From Catajapyx aquilonaris (lineage: Eukaryota), in assembly GCA_000934665.2 (NCBI GenBank), contig KZ538349.1, positions 1 to 64,000 on the forward strand: a DNA stretch of 64,000 nucleotides, written 5' to 3'. Shown piece by piece: positions 34,578 through 48,574 of this stretch; the stretch's first letter is position 1; each line of letters begins with the position of its first letter. The notes under the pieces were generated by a model. It did no database searches and was not told the origin of the DNA. It was given only the letters and a program-made list of their open reading frames with translations. Made by a program: the position numbers and the translations under genes.

Positions 34578-34685
34578 GTACTATATCGCTCAAAAACATA
34601 CAGACGATTTTGCATTTGACTCAAGTGCACCCTGCACTTGAATCAAATGCAAAATAGTCTCTTATGTTTTTGAGCGATCTAGTAC
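34578..34685. repeat. Imperfect 108-bp palindrome
   Basis: GTACTATATCGCTCAAAAACATA...ATTTTGCATTTGACTCAAGTGCA mirrored around ~34630. Confidence 0.8.
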
Positions 34686-34888
34686 AATCTCGGGACATGG
34701 GAGATTTGGTGTCTGACTGACCACATAGGAATGACATTCCCACCAGTACAACACGAGTGGGCGGCATGAAAGGATATCAACTGAATTGTCGAATGGTCCT
34801 TTGGGAGTATCACTGGCATGTATTTGACCCGGTGAAAGCAATGGTGCGGCATAATGTTGCTTCATCGCGCAAACTGTGTTTAATATTA

Positions 34889-35011
34889 TAGATGGGTCGG
34901 CGAACGAACGCAAGCGGGTGGCCAATTTTATTACAGGTCGGAATACAGTTTGTAATGTAATTCCTGTAATAAAATTGGCCACCCGCTTGCGTTCGTTCAC
35001 CGACCCATCTA
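34889..35011. mobile_element. Small, young-looking MITE (TIR about 49 bp, TA/TATA flanks)
   Basis: GATGGGTCGGCGAACGAACGCAAGCGGGTGGCCAATTTTATTACAGG mirrored with one mismatch; 25-bp spacer. Confidence 0.85.
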
Positions 35012-36925
35012 TAGCAACCACTGAACATAATTCGTTTTCAGCAATCCACGTTCTTATGGAACAACAGCCCAAGTCCAAACCAGTAAATTGCACCATGCGG
35101 TTCCCTTGGTCATTGTGTCGATGCGGAAATCTCACGATATATTCGGGTGGCCTTTATGGAACTGTTTCACGAAGTCAAATGCCTACGGCTCATTGCCATG
35201 TGCGGAAAAAAATATTTCCTTCATGCCCACCCATTTCTGTGATTGGGCTTGGGCTTTTGTTCCATTGGGCCATTCAATTTTGAATGTAATATTTTTTGTC
35301 CCATAGGAGCAGTGCAGACATCAGTTTAGATGGCATATGATTTATACTTGTGCATGTGAAAGAAAGGCCACGATGAGATCTACTAACAGACTCAGATTGC
35401 ATGATATGAGCAGTATTGCATATCACAGGACATGGCACACTGTCAATGGCATGATAGAGAGGTGCGATGAAACAAGTTTGGGAAAAATGGCCTTCTTGCA
35501 TTCAAGTCTTTTCATGAGGCACTGGTTGGGAAAAATGTACGATAGATTTGTGGGCCACTTTGACGATCATTCCGACTATTTACGCCCTACTTTATAGCCA
35601 CCTGACCGCGGACCAAGTTCTACATTGATCTCCGGCTTGATGTTCTTTTCATACTCAGCAGTGGGGTATTCAACAGATAATAATGATGAGGGTTGATGAT
35701 ACCCTCTTTTTTCAGGACACTACCACATCAAACAGGCAATCAATCACTAATAAGACAGGTCTGCAGGTACGAGCAGCATTAAGAGGTACTGCAGCAGAGT
35801 GACCTTGATCACCCCCCCCNCCCACCCCCCGGACACTCGTCTCCATCACTTGAAAATGACGTAAATCCAATCCTGGACATTTTCCTGGACTGGCTATGGC
35901 GGTTGGGTAGCTCGGTATCTCTGCAGCCTGTCTGCCTGCCTGCTTGGACTGCGCTGGCCATGGCCACCGGCTCTCTCTAGCAATAACGAAATAATGGGAT
36001 ACACGAGTGACTCCTGGCCAACTGTATGGAACACTTGCTTGGCCACACGTTTTCCATTCGGTACACGTCACCACTCGCCACTCAAAATTGTCGCATAAGA
36101 ATTCAAGCCAGCTATCTCAGGACCTATGTTTACAATAACACTGTTCTACAAGGGTTTTTTTCTCGGGTAATAGTCTAATATGTGTTTCTATAAGGGTTTT
36201 TGACGCTGATTCCATATCTGCAGTTATAATGGTGCTGTCCGGCACACCTTTTGATATATATGTATGGTTTTCGTCCCCCAAAACGAGCCAAAGGCTCGAA
36301 CACGGGGTAAATTAAATAATATATATATATATACAGGGTGATCCAACTCTATGGCACCAGTAGTTATTGAAAAAATCGCGCAAGCTGCTTGTTTATAAGC
36401 AAGTCGTTGCTAAGAGATGCTTTCTGGCTCTTTCTGGAGAATCGGGAATAACACCTGCTGATATTAGGTCCAATGGCCATGTAACAATAATATTTTATTT
36501 GCTGGTAACTAAACAACGCTGCCTGTTGACCTGTCTCAGTTTTGCCTACAGCGGCCAACAATGAACAGACCAGAAGGCCTATTTATTGACACACCCGGGT
36601 CTGTCCAGTTCCGACGGATTAGACCTTTGGTTTGGCAGCTAGTGACCTCATGTGAAACCCTCCAGCGAACACCAGAACAGGCCTGTTTCCCACGGATGAT
36701 CCTTTTTTCCCTCATTAATATTGTTACATGGGCAGAAGAAAATCATACCTATTCAGAGGAAAAGATAGAGTTTTACATACTTTCGTATATAACCTACACA
36801 TTTTGCTCTAAGTTATTCATTGCCGTATTTGGAATATTTAACGGACCATCACTTCTACGCCCAACCGTAGGGGGCTCCCCGAGCATTCTTATTATCCTAC
36901 ACTCCTGCCTACAAAAAGAGGTGAG

Positions 36926-37418
36926 ATCCCACCAAAAACCTTTTTGTAAAAAAAGGCCAAGTTCTCCTGGCTGCTTGGGGGTCAAAAGTGGTGAGATCTA
37001 AAATACGGCCAAGTTCAACGTCGTACTCATTACTGGCATTCTCCAATTCTTCAACCTAAATCACTAACTTTATTTTTCCAGGTCGACCTTAAGTTTAATT
37101 AACAGAAAATTTTAATGGAATTTCTCCTGATGTCACTTGGCCATTGCTCATGTCCGAGGTATTGTTGAATTCTACAACTGTTTCAATGTTTTAAGAGCAA
37201 TGGCCAAGTGACATCAGGAGAAATTCCATTAAAATTTTCTGTTTATTAAACTTAAGGTCGACCTGGGGAAATAAAGTTAGTGATTTAGGTTGAAGAATTT
37301 GAGAATGCCAGTAATGAGTACGACGTTGAACTTGGCCGTATTTCAGATCTCACCACTTTTGACCCCCAAGCAGCCAGGAGAACTTGGCCTTTTTTTACAG
37401 AAAGGTTTTTGGTGGGAT
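36926..37418. repeat. Near-perfect fold-back, arms about 225 bp
   Basis: ATCCCACCAAAAACC...GTCACTTGGCCATTGCTC mirrored across a spacer of about 45 bp. Confidence 0.9.
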
Positions 37419-37688
37419 ATATATATGGTTTTCAAGTTTGGAACAGTTTACTATATGTCATTCCGAATCCAGAGGTCCGAAATGCTGCTAGACCATCTCG
37501 GATTTCGCTGACAATAATCATAGCCGTACACAACTATACCACATCGTTGCATATTAAGTTCAGCCATATTTCACAATACCTTGAGAGGGGGAAAATCGCG
37601 AAAATTGGAAAAGGCTGAAAATGAGGCATTTATTGGATATTTTTTCCGGTTAGTGGAGGTGGTCAAATTACAATAAACTTACTGTATA

Positions 37689-37890
37689 CAGGGTGTTTCC
37701 TGTAACTCTGTAAAGACTGGCAGGATTAATAGAGCGGACCAAGACAAGTATTTTTGACATAGGAACCCGTGTCCGGAAACGCCATCTAGAGGGGGTTCAT
37801 AGACAAGGAACGGGTGCGCTCAGACATGTCAGGCGGTATTCCACTCCCCTATAAGGGCCTATGGCCCTATCACGGGGTAACGTAAAAAAA
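37689..37890 (+). mobile_element. Left arm of a CAGGGTG MITE fused to a SINE 3' tail
   Basis: 37689-37836 matches the 11992 left arm. It is followed directly by TATTCCACTCCCCTATAAGGGCCTATGGCCCTATCACGGGGTAACGTAAAAAAA (C-type tail). Confidence 0.8.
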
Positions 37891-38946
37891 TTTAAACATG
37901 TATGTGTCACAACTCCTGTCACCAAATATGGTTGCTGTTACGCAAATACATCACTAATATATTGTTGGGGTCCAAATACTCGGACATGGGACTGAGCATG
38001 TAACAGATGGAATGCCACGCACATTTTTCTAGTTACATTTCAAAGGAAAACAACTCCACGTGTTTCCCTTTGATTTTTTATGTTTAAGTTTTTCATGTTT
38101 AATGGGTTTTGATCACTTCGACTAAACGAAAATAATTATCCAAAAAAGGCCTCATTTTCAGCCTTTTAAAATTCTTTTCGCGATTTCTTCCCTCCTCAAG
38201 GTATTACGCAATATGACTGAAACTTGATATGCAGCTTTGTGGTATAGTTGTGTACAGCTGTGATTATTGTAAGCGAAATCAGAGATGGTCTAGCACCATT
38301 TCGGCCCACTTGATTCGGAATGACCCCTAGTAAACCGTTCCAAATTTTAAAACGATACATCTTAAAAACTGTGCCTGACAGCACAATTCTAAATGCAGGT
38401 TGGGAATCAGCGTGACAAGCACAATAAGAATCACTATTCGAATATTCATAAAAAAGAAGAAAAAAAATATTTTTGTTCTTTTTTTGTAGAACAGCGCAAT
38501 TGGTTCTGAAACCACGTGTCAGGGACTTGCAATGACTGGTGGACCCGTCAAGATGATCCAGGAGCATGCACATATATTTATTATGGGAGGAGCTTGTACT
38601 AAATGTAGCCAGTAGTCGTGCCTTTTTGCCGCGGATGTTTCTATTTGTAGTCAAATCCCAATGCGCATTTCCACGCTCACCAAGGCCAAAGGCAAAATAG
38701 CGTGACGATGCATGCGACTGGTATGTTCACTCGGATTGCAGAATTCTGCATGACATACAGATTACGTACACTACTACTTCCTTCCTTGTGGCCGTTCCTT
38801 AGGTGAATCCCATCTCATTACTAGCTTCAGAATGTGTCCTAGTTTCCACCTGTACAGCATCGATAAGTGAAAGGGGAACTGCTCGGAGCTACTCATTGCA
38901 CGACAAGAGATTGGAAGGCTCCATTTACCTCTTCGGATAGTCTATA

Positions 38947-39387
38947 CAGGGTATTCCTGATTCGTGGGTCACTTTTTGATAACTGCTATCGGGTAGGGGA
39001 GACGGAGTGGCGCCGCGGTAACGCGCGCGCCCACGGAAGTTAAGGTCCCGGGTTCAATCCCCACCCGGGGTTCCCACCTTCTTTCGTGCAGAGTTGGGCC
39101 ATCTCTGGCTTCGTTTCGGGTGGCAATTTCCGGCAGACTAAGCCACCCGGGGGAGTTCACAAAATGACGATTAGAGACATTGCACTTGCACTTTGCACAT
39201 CCCCTCCCACCCACCCTTGGAGCATACTAATTAAGATTCTTCTTAAACTCGCTCCAAAAACAATTCCAAAGGTGGCAACCCACCCCCCCTAAGGAGTAGT
39301 ATAACTCCCCCCGTGGGGTAATGAAAAAAAACTGCTATCGGGCAATACCAGTTATCAAAAAGTGACCCACGAATCTGGAACACCCTG
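38947..39387. mobile_element. Tiny Tc1/mariner-type MITE (about 90 bp when empty) interrupted by a SINE
   Basis: TA-CAGGGTATTCCTGATTCGTGGGTCACTTTTTGATAACTG mirrored at 39348-39387, followed by TA. Confidence 0.85.
38994..39329 (+). mobile_element. SINE family D with a CCCC..GGGGT-type tail
   Basis: D head and core. 13-bp TSD AACTGCTATCGGG at 38981-38993 and 39330-39342. Confidence 0.9.
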
Positions 39388-42062
39388 TATATGTAAATAA
39401 TCCCCAGAGCCAGGCTAATGGATGATCATTGTCGTCTCTCTCTCTCTCTCTCTCTTTCTCTCTTTGCAGAACAATATATTACTGTACTGTGAAATGTTTC
39501 AAGAGCCGTGTCAAACCACAGAAGTGAATTAAAAACCCATTGCTGACAGGATAACAGTTTACATTGAGTTTGTCCAGACTGGTTTAAAATGAATTCTGCC
39601 GCCCTATGAACAAAAGCAGTAACTGCAATGTGCAGTAAGGTAGAGCTTTGCTCGTCCAGCTCATTAGACCACTGCTGTCGGATACAGTAGTCCGAAGAAG
39701 ACAGACAACACTATTTACGTATACTGCACATTGTAGTTACATTTTCCCCCCCTTCAGGACGGCCAAATGATTGCGGATGTCCGCGCGTCCTTCTGTATAT
39801 CCTGTGACGGCTACTATCTGTGGCACATGCCTCACTCTCCACACGCAAGGCATGTGACCCCAGGTGGTAGTAGTGATAGTAGTAATATTAAAATTATTGC
39901 ATTATAGGCCTAGAGACGCCTTAAGGCACCTTTTAAATATCCGTCTTTATTCATTACAACTCGATATTTTTCCTCGCAAAAGGAAACGAGATGATCTGGA
40001 GAAACTGCTGGTGCTAACACGGACAGAACCCACCAAAACTGTTTGCAGATGAGAAAGCCTGTCTGTCTAATTCGGGTATCGAACTGGCGACCTCTGATGT
40101 GGCTTTAACTAATAAACTGCCTGCCAGTGGTGGTGGTGGTAGTAAACTCCGCCGAGTGATCTTTGAATGGTTTGTATATGCAAGTAGATATCCAAGAGAT
40201 TGGAAGGAGATATAAAGACAAATGATTCATTTTCGGATTGAATGGAACCAAGCGTTCATTACCAGCGACAGAGAGGAGGTTGTGGCACCTCCTTCCCACT
40301 TCCCCAAGTACAGAGGAAGGAAGCTGGCCGGAATTTCCTGCTGAGCCTAAGAAGAGCTCAATCAACTCGGTGCTCCTCAAAACCCACATCATTAGCAGCC
40401 AACGCGATCAAGTCTTTGCCAGTGTACTGTAGGCCTACTTTTGTTCTTGATAAAAGCCACGCCGCGCCGCTACCAACCCTCGCCTCGCCTCTACCTCGCT
40501 GCGCTATCCAAACAAACTCATTCATTTTCACCCAAATGCACCCACTTTGTTACTTGATAATCATCATTCATTTATTATCCTACTATTTTTATCCAGCGCC
40601 GCGCCGGTCACATTTCACTCCACACTCATTCCAAATGGTTTAGGTTGGAGTTCATTTACGCCATTTCTTTGCGATATCTGATGAGCTCATTGCGGATGTG
40701 ACGTGAGTCACTTTGTCACAGCATCTATCCCGTTCCTTTGGCATGTAGTACATTCACCATATTTCCCTGCGTAACATATGACTGTTTACACATGCAAACG
40801 TATATGTGTGTAGTTGCAACTATACTTTGTCACCCAGAAAGTATAACAGGTGATTGCAGTAGGAGGTTGAAATGCCACAGAGAAATCCCGCAATAACACG
40901 TCGTATCATTTTCATTTGTCGGTTGCTGCGAGGACAAGCTTGACACTGCAAAAACTTGACAGGTTTAACTACGTATTCTTCCAGTTGACATTATTTTAAT
41001 GCTACCTTTACGATTTCCGTGTACTTCCTGGAAATTTATCATCGGATTTCCTGTCCGCTCCATATGTTAAGAGACATGACACATTTGCTCTTTTAGCGCC
41101 CATTGTGCTGATTTTTCATAACTTGACACGAAACGCATTTATAACTTAATTGGCAAGTTTGGCGTCAAAGTTTCAATTCAACAAGTTGCCATCCTTACCT
41201 GAAACAGGTCTCCATATTATATTCCTCCAACAACGTCACGCGGACAGAAAAATAGGTTAATAGTTGGGGGACAGGGGGACAGGGGGACAGGGCAGAAATG
41301 TCAAAACGTAAATGATTTTATGCCGAAGCAAAACCGATCGTTGATTTGCGACCAAATATCACGGGCTACAAGAAGCATGTCAGATTACTTTTTTACTGCA
41401 AATTTGGGAAAAAGATGTATTGTTTCAGACCAGCTTTCTCATCTGAGGTAGAACAGGACCATAAACACAAGAGTGAAAATGAAAGCTTGCATATTAAAAT
41501 GATGTCATTTCCTACTTTTTCTACATTATAACAGCTGGCCAGAAAGTGGACTGAGCTTGAACGAATAAATGGTAGCCTCGTTAATTATTGAATGTTTTTC
41601 CTCCCCCCCCCCTCCCTCCCCTCCCCCCTTTGCCTATGTGGGGGCAGGGGGTAGGTTGTGGGCTTGCTGCTTATCGATTAGGCTTAGGATTGTCTGCCAA
41701 CGGTAGAATGAGGCCAGGTGCACGGGTTTAGCCCCTCATGGGCACATTATGTCATGCACACACCGTTATTCGGACAAGACCACTGTTTGGGACATTGAAT
41801 TACATTGCATTACATTCAATTACGATTGCTCCCTACAGATCACCTTCATTTTGGTTTATTATATTAACTCTCCACGTCAGACAGCGTTATGCGAATTAGC
41901 TCTGTTCGATACCACCTCAACTTCATATCAATGTGAAATAATTGCTCGCGCAGGGGGGAAAAAAACAACCCATCTATATGAATTCATTCCTAGCAGAACA
42001 CCAAAAACTGGCAGGATTATTACGTAACGGTCAAGGTTGACCCGCAGGTATACATTTATTAA

Positions 42063-42097
<35 letters not shown>

Positions 42098-42168
42098 GAA
42101 ACGTTCAACATAATACATGCAAGACGTGAGAAGCTGTGAGTGGCAGTGATTATACAAACACTGTATTA

Positions 42169-42285
42169 CACGGTCACCCTAAAGTCTGGACACACAGGTA
42201 ATTGTATTGTTGACAATTGGTATCCTGGCAACCCACAATACAATACTATCACCTATGACTGTGTCCAGACTTTAGAGTCACCCTG
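42169..42285. mobile_element. Small Tc1/mariner-type MITE
   Basis: TA-CACGGTCACCCTAAAGTCTGGACACA...TGTGTCCAGACTTTAGAGTCACCCTG-TA. Confidence 0.75.
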
Positions 42286-43289
42286 TAGATACAGCGTATG
42301 ATTTCCACAGGCTTGCGTTTTGTGTGTGTGTTTTTTTTTGTTGAAAACTTGAATCTGGTCGATAATCCCTTTCACGGTGAGATCCCAAGTTCAATATTGC
42401 GCTAAAACACAGGCCCAGTCAAATCCCACCTGGATATAACGTCTGGCATGAGTGGGGGCCAGAGGGGCGGGGACTAAACAAGGTAAAAAAATCCTTCGGG
42501 TATATACTGTAGTCATTGTGGATCCAAAAGCGGTTGAAGCTCAACCTTCGGATCAATGAGACGCTTTTTCATTATGTATAACCCTGTCCTCCATGTAAAG
42601 CCCTGGGCCAATTCTTTCCGCTACGATAAGGCTGGAGCTGCAATAGCCCTCCACGTCGGGGATCTCCAAATGGTAACGACATAATCAATGGGTATAGTAT
42701 ATAAAATGCACTCTACATGAAACGGCATTGCTTTCGTGGGATACAAGCAGCCTAATAGGACAATAATTATTGTAATGATACAGACAATAATAATCAAGTA
42801 GAATAGGCGCAAAGTGAGCCTGGCTGCTTTGAATATCTGGAGAAAGAATGACTGTCGAGTATTGACAGGTTCAATTCCGAACGCCATTACAAGGCATGCT
42901 ACTTTGCTTCCCCCCCCCCTCTCCTGTCCCTCCTTCCCCATGGCCCGCCCGCCCCTGTTCTCTGCACGCACGCCACAATATGGTAGTCTAGGAAACGCTT
43001 ATACACACTTCTATTCCTCAGGTGTATTAATCATTACTAGGCTGCCTACATTCAAGGACGCTCTATTCCTCCTTAACTGATACATTTCGCCCTCTATGTC
43101 GCACACTTATTTACCCTAGGTAGCCTTGTTCTCACTGTGGACTGTGCCCTTTCTAATTATCGTATGTTGTCTCGCTCTGCTTACTTGCAAGTCGGGATAT
43201 GTATATTACTTTCAGAGTTCATCATTCCAGAAACACATTTCAGCATGCACTTTCAAGATGGGCTGAGGTGTACACTACTAAGTCCCCCT

Positions 43290-43312
43290 TATTATTATTC
43301 TTCTTCTTCTTC

Positions 43313-43365
<53 letters not shown>

Positions 43366-43730
43366 GAACCTTTTATTCCGGATGCTGAAACTTCCAGGCC
43401 ACACAGTAAGTTATGATGACTTATGAGCATACAATCGAAAAAGTCAGCAAAATGGTATACGGATATGGACCCGAATGTCCTTGATGTAGTGGCACTAGAT
43501 ATGGGATTTCATGGGAGGGTATCACACTACTTCCCTGACTCTTTCTGCTTCCTGTTGGCAGATAGTCCACAGATTATTCTAAAGCTACCAGAATGTTGTT
43601 CTTTCAAGCGTGTCGTTCATGCCGATATCAATATTTTGTTTCCAGTGTTGCAAGTCATACACTATCATTTTTTATGCAGTGTTCCAACTGAAATGACCAC
43701 AGTGGTTAATGATTACCGTACTTGGATCTA
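43290..43730 (-). pseudogene. Possible decayed RTE-like LINE 3' end with a (TAA)n/(GAA)n tail
   Basis: Minus-strand YLPTGSRKSQG resembles RTE xPxGKRxRGRP, upstream of a microsatellite tail at 43290-43365. Weak. Confidence 0.3.
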
Positions 43731-44207
43731 AAGTGATTATACTCTTCAGTAGTTACTTTCAAACAGTTACTTCTAGCAGTTATCAAAAAATTAGCTGCTA
43801 GTATTGCACTGAGTAGAATCAATCATTCTGGCCCTGACTTGCGAATTACACTCCGCAACAAAAATCACCTTTTTCCCTGTCCATGGAAATTCATTGCCAT
43901 TTTCGTGTTCCTTAGGACAATCGTAACTCGTCATTACGACCATTCATTTTGTCTTGGATTTGTTTTTAACCTCGGGGCAGTCAAAAACCAAAATCCTCAA
44001 ATATATGGGTTTTTCCCAATCAAGTGGGCCTAAATGTTGCTGAAAAAATCACAGCTGTACACATCTATGCCATAACACTGCATATAAAGTTTCAGCCAAA
44101 TTGCGAAATACCGTGGAGAGGGGAAAAATCGCGAAACTTTGAAAATGGGGCCTTTTTTGGATAGTTTTTTCGGTTATTGGAAGTGGTCGAAATCCAATCA
44201 ACATATA

Positions 44208-45121
44208 CGGGTGATTCTCCAAAAACTTACCATTTTCAAAGCAAGAATGAATGAATTTCAAAACTTGTTTTAAAAATCTGGAAAAATTCTCACTTACTCT
44301 ATATGAGGTCACAAATCAGGGAAAAATATGGAGAACTAATTCTGATATTCTAATGCCAGGAGAGTGAATATTTCCAGGAGTTCGGGAGCCAGAAGATTGA
44401 CCTATGCATGCAATAGGATTAATATCACGGTCCAGAACAAACGTTGTCTATGGAGATTTCGGTGGGTTCAAGAAGACCCTTCATTCCATGGAATCAGTTA
44501 TTTCAAAACATTTAAGCCATTATGTGACATAGAAAAATGAGCCAGGAGTGTGAACTTTTTATTTCCGGGAGAAAAATGACCTTTGGATGCATTAGGATTA
44601 ATATCACGGTCCAGAACAAACGTTGACTCTGGAAATTTCTGTGAGTTCAAGAAGACCCTTCATGCCATGGAATCAGAGTTATTTCAAAATATTTAGCTAT
44701 TTTGTGACATAGAAAAATGAGCCAGGAGTGTGAACTTTTTATTTCCGGGAAAACTCGGGACACACTTTGGAGTGATGCAGCAAGGTCATGTCAAATGAAT
44801 AAATCGTTTTAAAAATGTTGTTTTATACCTGCAACTATGTACAATTTAATTATAGTATTGAAACTTGTCTAATGTTAATAATAAAATTGTAAGAAAATAT
44901 AGCATGCTTTAAAATGAGATCGGGACATGCCAAGAATAGTGATTTTAGGCCCTTTGACATTTTTTGCAGTAAAACTTAATTTAATATTTTTCTTTGTTTT
45001 CATGGGGATGGCTAGGTGTCAACTGCTTCTCCAAATGTTTAAAAATCAACTCTCTCAGTCAAGCCATTTTTGAGTTATTATGCTGGGACATGGTATTGGT
45101 AAGTTTTTGGAGAATCGCCCA
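44208..45121. mobile_element. TA-flanked TIR element with an internal tandem duplication of about 185 bp, inserted in a CACTG-family fragment
   Basis: GGGTGATTCTCCAAAAACTTACCA and TGGTAAGTTTTTGGAGAATCGCCC. Flanks 44010-44207 and 45124-45200 join into a sequence matching 23550-23860. Confidence 0.8.
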
Positions 45122-45755
45122 TACATCAAATGCAAGGGAAACGCGAGGGGAATGTGCTTATGGAATTAGTTTCTCTCGAAAATGCACCCAGAAAAACATT
45201 TATGGCATTCCATCGGTCACAAGCTCAGTATTTGCGTAAGAGCAGCCATATTTGGTGACAGGAGTTGTGACCCATACTAGATTTAATATGTTCAGTTTCA
45301 ATCCTGGGTCATACATGGCTCGTGAGAAATTACTAGCCATGTTTTGCCGAATTACCATTAATTTGCATGGAGCCAAATACTTGGACATGTGACTGATGAA
45401 ATGTCACACGTTTTTCTGGTTACATTTCAGAGGAAAACAAATTTCATGTCTGCATTCCCCTAGAGCTTCTTTTTCATTTGATGTATCTCTTGCCTAATTT
45501 TTGATGCTACCCCCATCCTCTTCCCAGAGAAGTACCCTTATATTTCATAATTCAGCATTTCCAGCTTTACCGTTGTATTCACCATCCCAAGAAACTCACA
45601 TGCACCAAAAACCTCGCCGATATCACTTACGTGGTGTGTCTAAAAAGTTCAGTGAATGTTACAATAAAAGGAACAAAACGGATAATCTTTATTGGCCTTC
45701 AAAGTGCTCTCCATCAGACACAACACACTTATGAAATCGTTCGTAAAGCACATGA

Positions 45756-45983
45756 CGGGCAGGATGACAGGAGGGGATGTGCAAGGTGCAGTGCATCTGA
45801 CGCTGTGGCCATTTTTAGTGAACTCCCCCGGGTGGTTTAGTCTGTGGAAATACCACCCGAGACGAAGCCAGAGGTGACCCTGAACTCTGCACGAGATAAA
45901 GGGGGTGTCCCCGGGCTGGGATCGAACCCGGGACCTTAACATCCGTGGGCGCATACGTTACCGCAGCACCACTCCGCCTCTCC
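45756..45983 (-). mobile_element. SINE family D, tail missing
   Basis: Nearly identical to 13007-13238. Confidence 0.88.
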
Positions 45984-47422
45984 ATCATGACAATATGACT
46001 GTCAAGACCTAAAAATTCAGGTGGATCAGAGTCACGTTTGACTGATTTCGAGTAATGAAATTTTGACGATTGTATTTTATCCCTTGTGAGATTTTTAACA
46101 CATTTCTCCAGGGGCTGCAATTCCTCTCTCAGAAAACTGACTTAACTATCAAAAAGTAATCTTCGAGTTTTATTAAACACTGCCTCGCCCAATGTTGACA
46201 AAAATGATCCTTCGGCATTTCAGGTTTTCAAGTGAATGATGGAGACCTGGGTATTTCTTTCGTAAACTGGTGGTGGGGTCAACAGTCTATCACATCTTCA
46301 TCTTCTCCCGGCTCTTGACCTGGTGATTTGGACCGTGCACCACCTGCAAAAGAAACTCTCTGCCACCCTTGAATGTAGAGTCGAGTTACTCCGGAGTGCG
46401 AGTGGTGAGGAAAAATCCGTAACTTCAAAGGTCGAGGGTAACTTAAGAGGTCCACCCACGGCCCCTTGGTTTAACCTTGGTCTAAACTACTGGTCTAAAG
46501 TCTTAGGGATCTGCCAATTCAGGCGTGGATCTGACTCAATTAGATTAGGTCAGCTGGCTGCACTAGTCTAATAGAAGATAGTATGTAGATGCAAAAATTA
46601 AGATCCTACTGCAGATTGTAGTTGGGTCAGAGTTGGGTATTATCCTGGCTACCGTACAATTTCTACCCGTATGGACGCAAGCATGTTTTTATTCCACCTG
46701 GTATACATCCGGAGTTCTAAAATCACGTACAAGTTAGTCCTGTCTTTATGAAACACCATCTTTCAAAAATGATCTCATAGAATAAATTCATACGGAATGG
46801 AACAATAGCCAGACACATATCAGCAGAAATTTAGCGGACGCATATTTCCCCTAGCTCAGCTAAATCATAACCTTCAAGTGCGGCAGAGAATTATTACGTA
46901 GTATTACTTTATTACTTGTCCGTACTAGGAAACGCTTTTTGGCACCAATCTTGCTTATTACTTTAGAACAGTTCAACTTTTATGGGTTGTCAAATATGTT
47001 AGCTTCTAATAAAAGGTTGAATGGACGCATCTTGTATGACTATTAGAGAAGCTATGCCCAAAATGCTGTCAAATCATTGACCTTGGATAGCAACAGGCAT
47101 TTTCATTATATTAAGCTGGGGAATTTAGTGCAATTTAGGACATCAAGGGCTACTTCTATCCAATCTGTTAATAAAAAATCATATTTATAGGTCCATGTAA
47201 ATGTTCGAATGTAACTGAAGAAGACTATTGCCAAAAAATCGCTAACTAACATGCGGCCACTTCAATGGGCACTCATTGCATGTGAGGGGTTTATGTTTGA
47301 GTTCTCGGGTTTCTTCAATTGAGCACAGGTACTTTATCATTACAAAAGTCAATGGCCCCTCATTCCTATTGAAATTATATGTGTTTCAGGCAAATGAATA
47401 CGGTATATATTTTAAAACTTTC

Positions 47423-47708
47423 ACCGAAGCGGGTTGGTGTAGTGGATATGGAGTCCGCCTGCTAATCGGGAGGTCCTGGGTTCGAATCCCGGGGCCGGCA
47501 ATCCTGACCGTGGTTTTCTGCGGTTTTCCACGGTCCTCCCAGGATAATTCCGGGGTAGTTTCCGTAAAAACAGGCCAAAGCCGCTTCTTTACGTCCCTAC
47601 CCTATCCCAAAAAGCAAATAAAATGAAAGCAAAGAGTTCCAGTCAAACCAAATTTCCCCCCTAAGGAGCCGCGGCTGATAACGGGGTATGAATTATGAAT
47701 TATTTTAT
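47423..47708 (+). mobile_element. SINE family A, short form
   Basis: Homologous to 2291-2586. TSD TTAAAACTTTC. Confidence 0.9.
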
Positions 47709-48574
47709 TATATCTTAAAACTTTCGCCCTTAATAAGTCGTGTCATCGATAATTCTGAAGCGTACGAATATGACATCTCCGCTTTATATTTAACTTCAAG
47801 CTGATGATAATCATTGCGGCATACTTTCTTCAGGCATAATCATTGACAGCAGCTTCGGTATACATTTTCGCAGGTCTACCTTTACATTTCAGACTTTCTT
47901 CAGCATCAACAATTGCCTTCAGCCTGACCCCGCTAGGCGACATGGAATACGCGTTTATAATATGCCTTTTAGCTACATTATGAACTGGCTCGATTTGCGT
48001 CACACATTGAACTGCTGCCAGTCCAGTAATGTAGCGTGCAAAAATAAAATAAAAACATTCCGGAAGTCATGTGTGCAACAAGAGATTTCCTCAACGACAG
48101 TCTACGTTCCATGCATTCTTCGCCGGCTTTCTAGTACATGTGAGCCTGCAATACGTGAAGCATCGCCACTCTGAAACTTGTTTTTCTGCCATTCTGTGAT
48201 AACAACCTTAGGAAAACAATAGTGTCGCAACAATGCAACCTTCAAAGGAGCGATTCGCACGGCGTTAAAAACCGCCCGAAGTATGCTAAGGATTTTCCCT
48301 TTCATTCCCATAAGGTATGCGAAAACATTGCGCTACATCCCCACACAACCGCACCACACTCGTGGGAATACGACGGAAATGATACAACTCCCGTTACACA
48401 CACAAGAAAAATAATAATATCCACTTGACTTGATACATTCACTTTGCTCGCCGGAACGATTTTTAGAGACTCTCTTGTCTCAATAGTGGACTGTCCCTTT
48501 CAGTTTTCAAATGATAAGAAAATAAGAAATGTGAGAAAGGTTTGGTCACACCTACCTTTAGTTTGTTTCCAGCT

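Larger units (their letters stand above)
36139..38496. mobile_element. Diverged member of the CACTG palindromic family with several nested insertions
   Basis: CACTGTTCTACAA (36139) and TTGTAGAACAGCG (38496). 37425-37680 and 38100-38370 are inverted and similar to the arms of 23384-25259. Confidence 0.7.

Noticed and set aside
46020..46560. Coding-like stretch on the minus strand (possible LINE ORF1 or exon)
   Set aside because: Interrupted by stops and lacks a diagnostic motif.
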